DNA of 40,848 nucleotides from a virus (Duplodnaviria; Heunggongvirae; Uroviricota; Caudoviricetes): IMG/VR virus record IMGVR_UViG_2778261067_000009; one strand, 5' to 3'. Shown piece by piece: positions 38,505 to 40,848 of this stretch (position 1 is its first letter; each line of letters starts with the position of its first letter). The notes under the pieces were generated by a model. It saw only the letters and a program-made list of their open reading frames with translations, ran no database searches and was not told where the DNA came from. The position numbers and the translations under genes were made by a program.

Positions 38505-38786
38505 ATGACAGAAGCCGAACTACTGGGATTAATCCGCCGCGTCGCCGGAATCAGCCAGCAGCATGACGAACAGGCCACACAGCCGGACAGCGTGACCGCT
38601 GAAAATTATGTGCGTGTTGTAGCGGAAGTGATGCGCCGTGATGGTATAGAACTTAATGGCGTTGATATGCGCAACATACGGAACCGCGTTCTTGAAATGC
38701 TGGCCTACAATCGCCGCGTTGAACTGTATCGGGAGAAAGAAAAAATAACGTACCACTGGAAGAAGCCGGAACGGCTGCGGCGGTAA
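38505..38786 (+). CDS. Hypothetical protein (93 aa) downstream of cos2
   Basis: ATG with GATGGGGG RBS; no family recognised. Confidence 0.45.
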   Translation: MTEAELLGLIRRVAGISQQHDEQATQPDSVTAENYVRVVAEVMRRDGIELNGVDMRNIRNRVLEMLAYNRRVELYREKEKITYHWKKPERLRR

Positions 38787-39248
38787 CTTGCTGATATTCC
38801 CGATAACGCAAAATTGCGCTGGCTACATCCCTCACATCTGAGGACTGTTAACCAGAAGGCCGGAATATATTCACAAACTACGAAATTTTCGTAGTTTAAT
38901 TAATGGTCAGATTAATCGCTAACCCGCTGATATTTTCGGAAACCTCAATTTGAGGAAGTCGGAAGCGTCACCCTTCATATTCTGAATGGTCATAATGACC
39001 ACGCAGACCATCAAGGCAACCACAACGAACATCGTTACGGTTGGAGCTTTTACCCCACTGGGGGAAAGGTATTACGATAATCATAACACCTACCGAACAG
39101 GTAAAACCCACCAGCCTGATTAACAGTTAACCGGAAAAAAAATCCGGTAGCCCCGTTATGGGGATCCCCATATCGACATTAACGCCCCTCATGAATTGGT
39201 GCGCTTCCCCCTGGAAAGATTACCCGCCTGTATATTTCTTGTGTCTAT

Positions 39249-39306
39249 TTGTTCCACGTTGTTTCATACAGTGCACCGAACGGTGTAGTTAATGGTGTAG
39301 TCAATT
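39249..39306. repeat. attR: Right direct repeat of the island (attR candidate)
   Basis: TTGTTCCACGTTGTTTCA...GTGCACCGAACGGTGTAGTTAATGGTGTAGTCAATT, direct imperfect copy of 28381-28448; 82 bp from the phoQ stop. Confidence 0.55.
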
Positions 39307-39387
39307 TGCTGTTTTTAGCACTTTTTGCAGTGTGGGTTGTTTAATTAAATCAATGGTTTGCCTTGCTGTGGTGATAAAAGGACATAT

Positions 39388-40848
39388 TTATTCATCTTTC
39401 GGCGCAGAATGCTGGCGGCCAAAAATCACCTCCATCCGCGCACCGCCCAGCATGCTCTCTCCGGCGACGATTTTACCCTCATACTGCTCGGTGATTTCGC
39501 GGGCTACCGCCAGCCCTACACCTTGCCCAGGGCGTAAAGTATCAACCCGTTGACCACGGTCGAAAATGACCTCTCGCTTGCTTAATGGAATACCGGGGCC
39601 ATCATCCTCGACCACAATATAGAGATGCTCGTCGGTTTGCCTTGCAGAAATTTCGACAAACTCGAGGCAATATTTACAGGCGTTATCCAGCACGTTGCCC
39701 ATCACCTCGACAAAATCGTTCTGCTCACCAACAAAGCTGATCTCTGGTGAAATATCGAGAGAGATATTGACCCCTTTGCGTTGATACACTTTGTTCAGCG
39801 CCGAGGTGAGATTGTCCAACAGAGGGGCGACCGGATGCAGCTCGCGGCTAAGCAATGTCCCACCGCGCATACTGGCACGATGCAGGTAGTAGCCAATTTG
39901 CTGTGAAATGCGGCTGATTTGCTCCAGCATCACCGGCTCAGCATCACTGACGCTCATCTTCTCACTACGCAGAGAACGCAGCGTACTTTGCAGCACCGCC
40001 AGTGGCGTTTTCAGACTATGGGTCAGGTCGGTGAGCGTCGTACGATATTTGTCGTAACGTTCGCGTTCACTTTTTAACAGTCGGTTCAGGTTTCGTACCA
40101 GACTGGTCAGTTCTCGCGTTGTGGCTGGATTGAGCAATTCGCGGTTATGTTCTTCCAGTTCGCGGACTTCTTTTGCCAGGGCTTCGATGGGGCGTAAACT
40201 CCACCAGGCGGCGACCCACAGCAGCGGGATCACTAACAGCAGATTGGCTGAGAGCACATAGATAAACCAGCTCCAGACCATATAGGAACTTTTTAGCTCC
40301 ACCGGAATGGTATCCACCACCACAATGGTTAACTTTGGCATCCGCGATGTTGCCGGGTAGACGTTTACCGCCACCGAGTGGGTCATCTCCGCGTCGTCAT
40401 CATCTTCCCGCACTTCCTGCAACTGTTGCTGTATTGAATGATCTCCACTCAGTAACAGGCTGGTGTCGTTAACATCCGCTTCAATTTCATGAAAACCATT
40501 CGATTTCAGCCAGTCAGGCTGGATCATTTTCATCAGCCAGGGCACGTCACGTTGCGCCCATAAAAGCTGCCCGTTCTCATCATAAATTAGCGTCATGGTG
40601 GGGCTTTGCTTGTCGATATTTTCGGGTAACTCGACATGCAATTTATTATTTTCCCACTTCGCAAGGGTATAGAACAGATTGCTCTCGCCACGTAACAGCC
40701 GAAACGTGGTTTTATCGAAACTGACGCTATAACCGATCAGCGCAACCATTCCGTAGGCAAGCGAAAGCACCAATACTACTGCTGCCGTTGCTAACAGAAA
40801 ACGGACCCGCAGCGAGAGCGGGAAAAAAAGACGCAGTAATTTTTTCAT
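39388..40848 (-). CDS. phoQ: Sensor histidine kinase PhoQ (full length)
   Basis: 486 aa product matches E. coli PhoQ end to end as recalled ([35 protein letters not shown]...). Confidence 0.97.
   Translation of the reverse strand: MKKLLRLFFPLSLRVRFLLATAAVVLVLSLAYGMVALIGYSVSFDKTTFRLLRGESNLFYTLAKWENNKLHVELPENIDKQSPTMTLIYDENGQLLWAQRDVPWLMKMIQPDWLKSNGFHEIEADVNDTSLLLSGDHSIQQQLQEVREDDDDAEMTHSVAVNVYPATSRMPKLTIVVVDTIPVELKSSYMVWSWFIYVLSANLLLVIPLLWVAAWWSLRPIEALAKEVRELEEHNRELLNPATTRELTSLVRNLNRLLKSERERYDKYRTTLTDLTHSLKTPLAVLQSTLRSLRSEKMSVSDAEPVMLEQISRISQQIGYYLHRASMRGGTLLSRELHPVAPLLDNLTSALNKVYQRKGVNISLDISPEISFVGEQNDFVEVMGNVLDNACKYCLEFVEISARQTDEHLYIVVEDDGPGIPLSKREVIFDRGQRVDTLRPGQGVGLAVAREITEQYEGKIVAGESMLGGARMEVIFGRQHSAPKDE

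Larger units (their letters stand above)
28381..39306 (+). mobile_element. Integrated ~10.9 kb phage-satellite-like island (PICI-like) encoding its own lambda-type capsid shell, scaffold, small terminase and cos sites
   Basis: Inserted between roxA and phoQ (adjacent in reference E. coli); bounded by direct repeats; int, alpA, regulator, helicase plus iterons, SSB, then E-, D-, Nu3-, Nu1-like genes and cos; no TerL, portal, protease, tail or lysis genes. Confidence 0.75.

Noticed and set aside
38986-39126. 46 aa plus-strand ORF (MVIMTTQTIKATTT...) in the island right-end non-coding region
   Set aside because: No RBS, low-complexity Thr-rich translation, below length threshold; kept only as part of the non-coding region finding.
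38787-39306. tRNA or tmRNA gene as the island integration target
   Set aside because: No cloverleaf-like sequence with conserved tRNA features seen near either island end; integration appears intergenic between roxA and phoQ.

Overview
Escherichia coli chromosomal segment with three parts. (1) 1-23592: the right arm of a lambda-like cos prophage on the + strand: TonB-C-like lipoprotein, YnfO-like gene, cos site, terminase Nu1/A, complete lambda-order head module (W, B, C/Nu3, D, E, FI, FII) and tail module (Z, U, V, G/G-T with conserved -1 frameshift site, H, M, L, K, I, J), then a Hok-family toxin gene, a collagen-like side tail fibre, a tail-fibre accessory gene and a YkgJ-like Cys-cluster moron, ending at the potB/potC junction. 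(2) 23593-28221: host genes potB, potA (- strand), pepT (+), roxA/ycfD (-). (3) 28381-39306: a ~10.9 kb integrase-bounded island between roxA and phoQ, flanked by direct repeats. It has satellite-type architecture (int, alpA, small RHH regulator with triple-palindrome operator, Icd-like gene, AAA_25 replicative helicase with iterons, SSB, PerC-like regulator) and also carries its own lambda E-like major capsid protein, D-like decoration protein, Nu3-like scaffold, Nu1-like small terminase and two cos sites in inverted orientation with different cosB regions, but no large terminase, portal, protease, tail or lysis genes. This looks like a capsid-encoding phage satellite that parasitises lambda-like helpers such as the neighbouring prophage, and is the main candidate for a novel system. 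The window ends with full-length phoQ (- strand). All calls rest on reading the supplied translations against remembered protein families; no database search was run.
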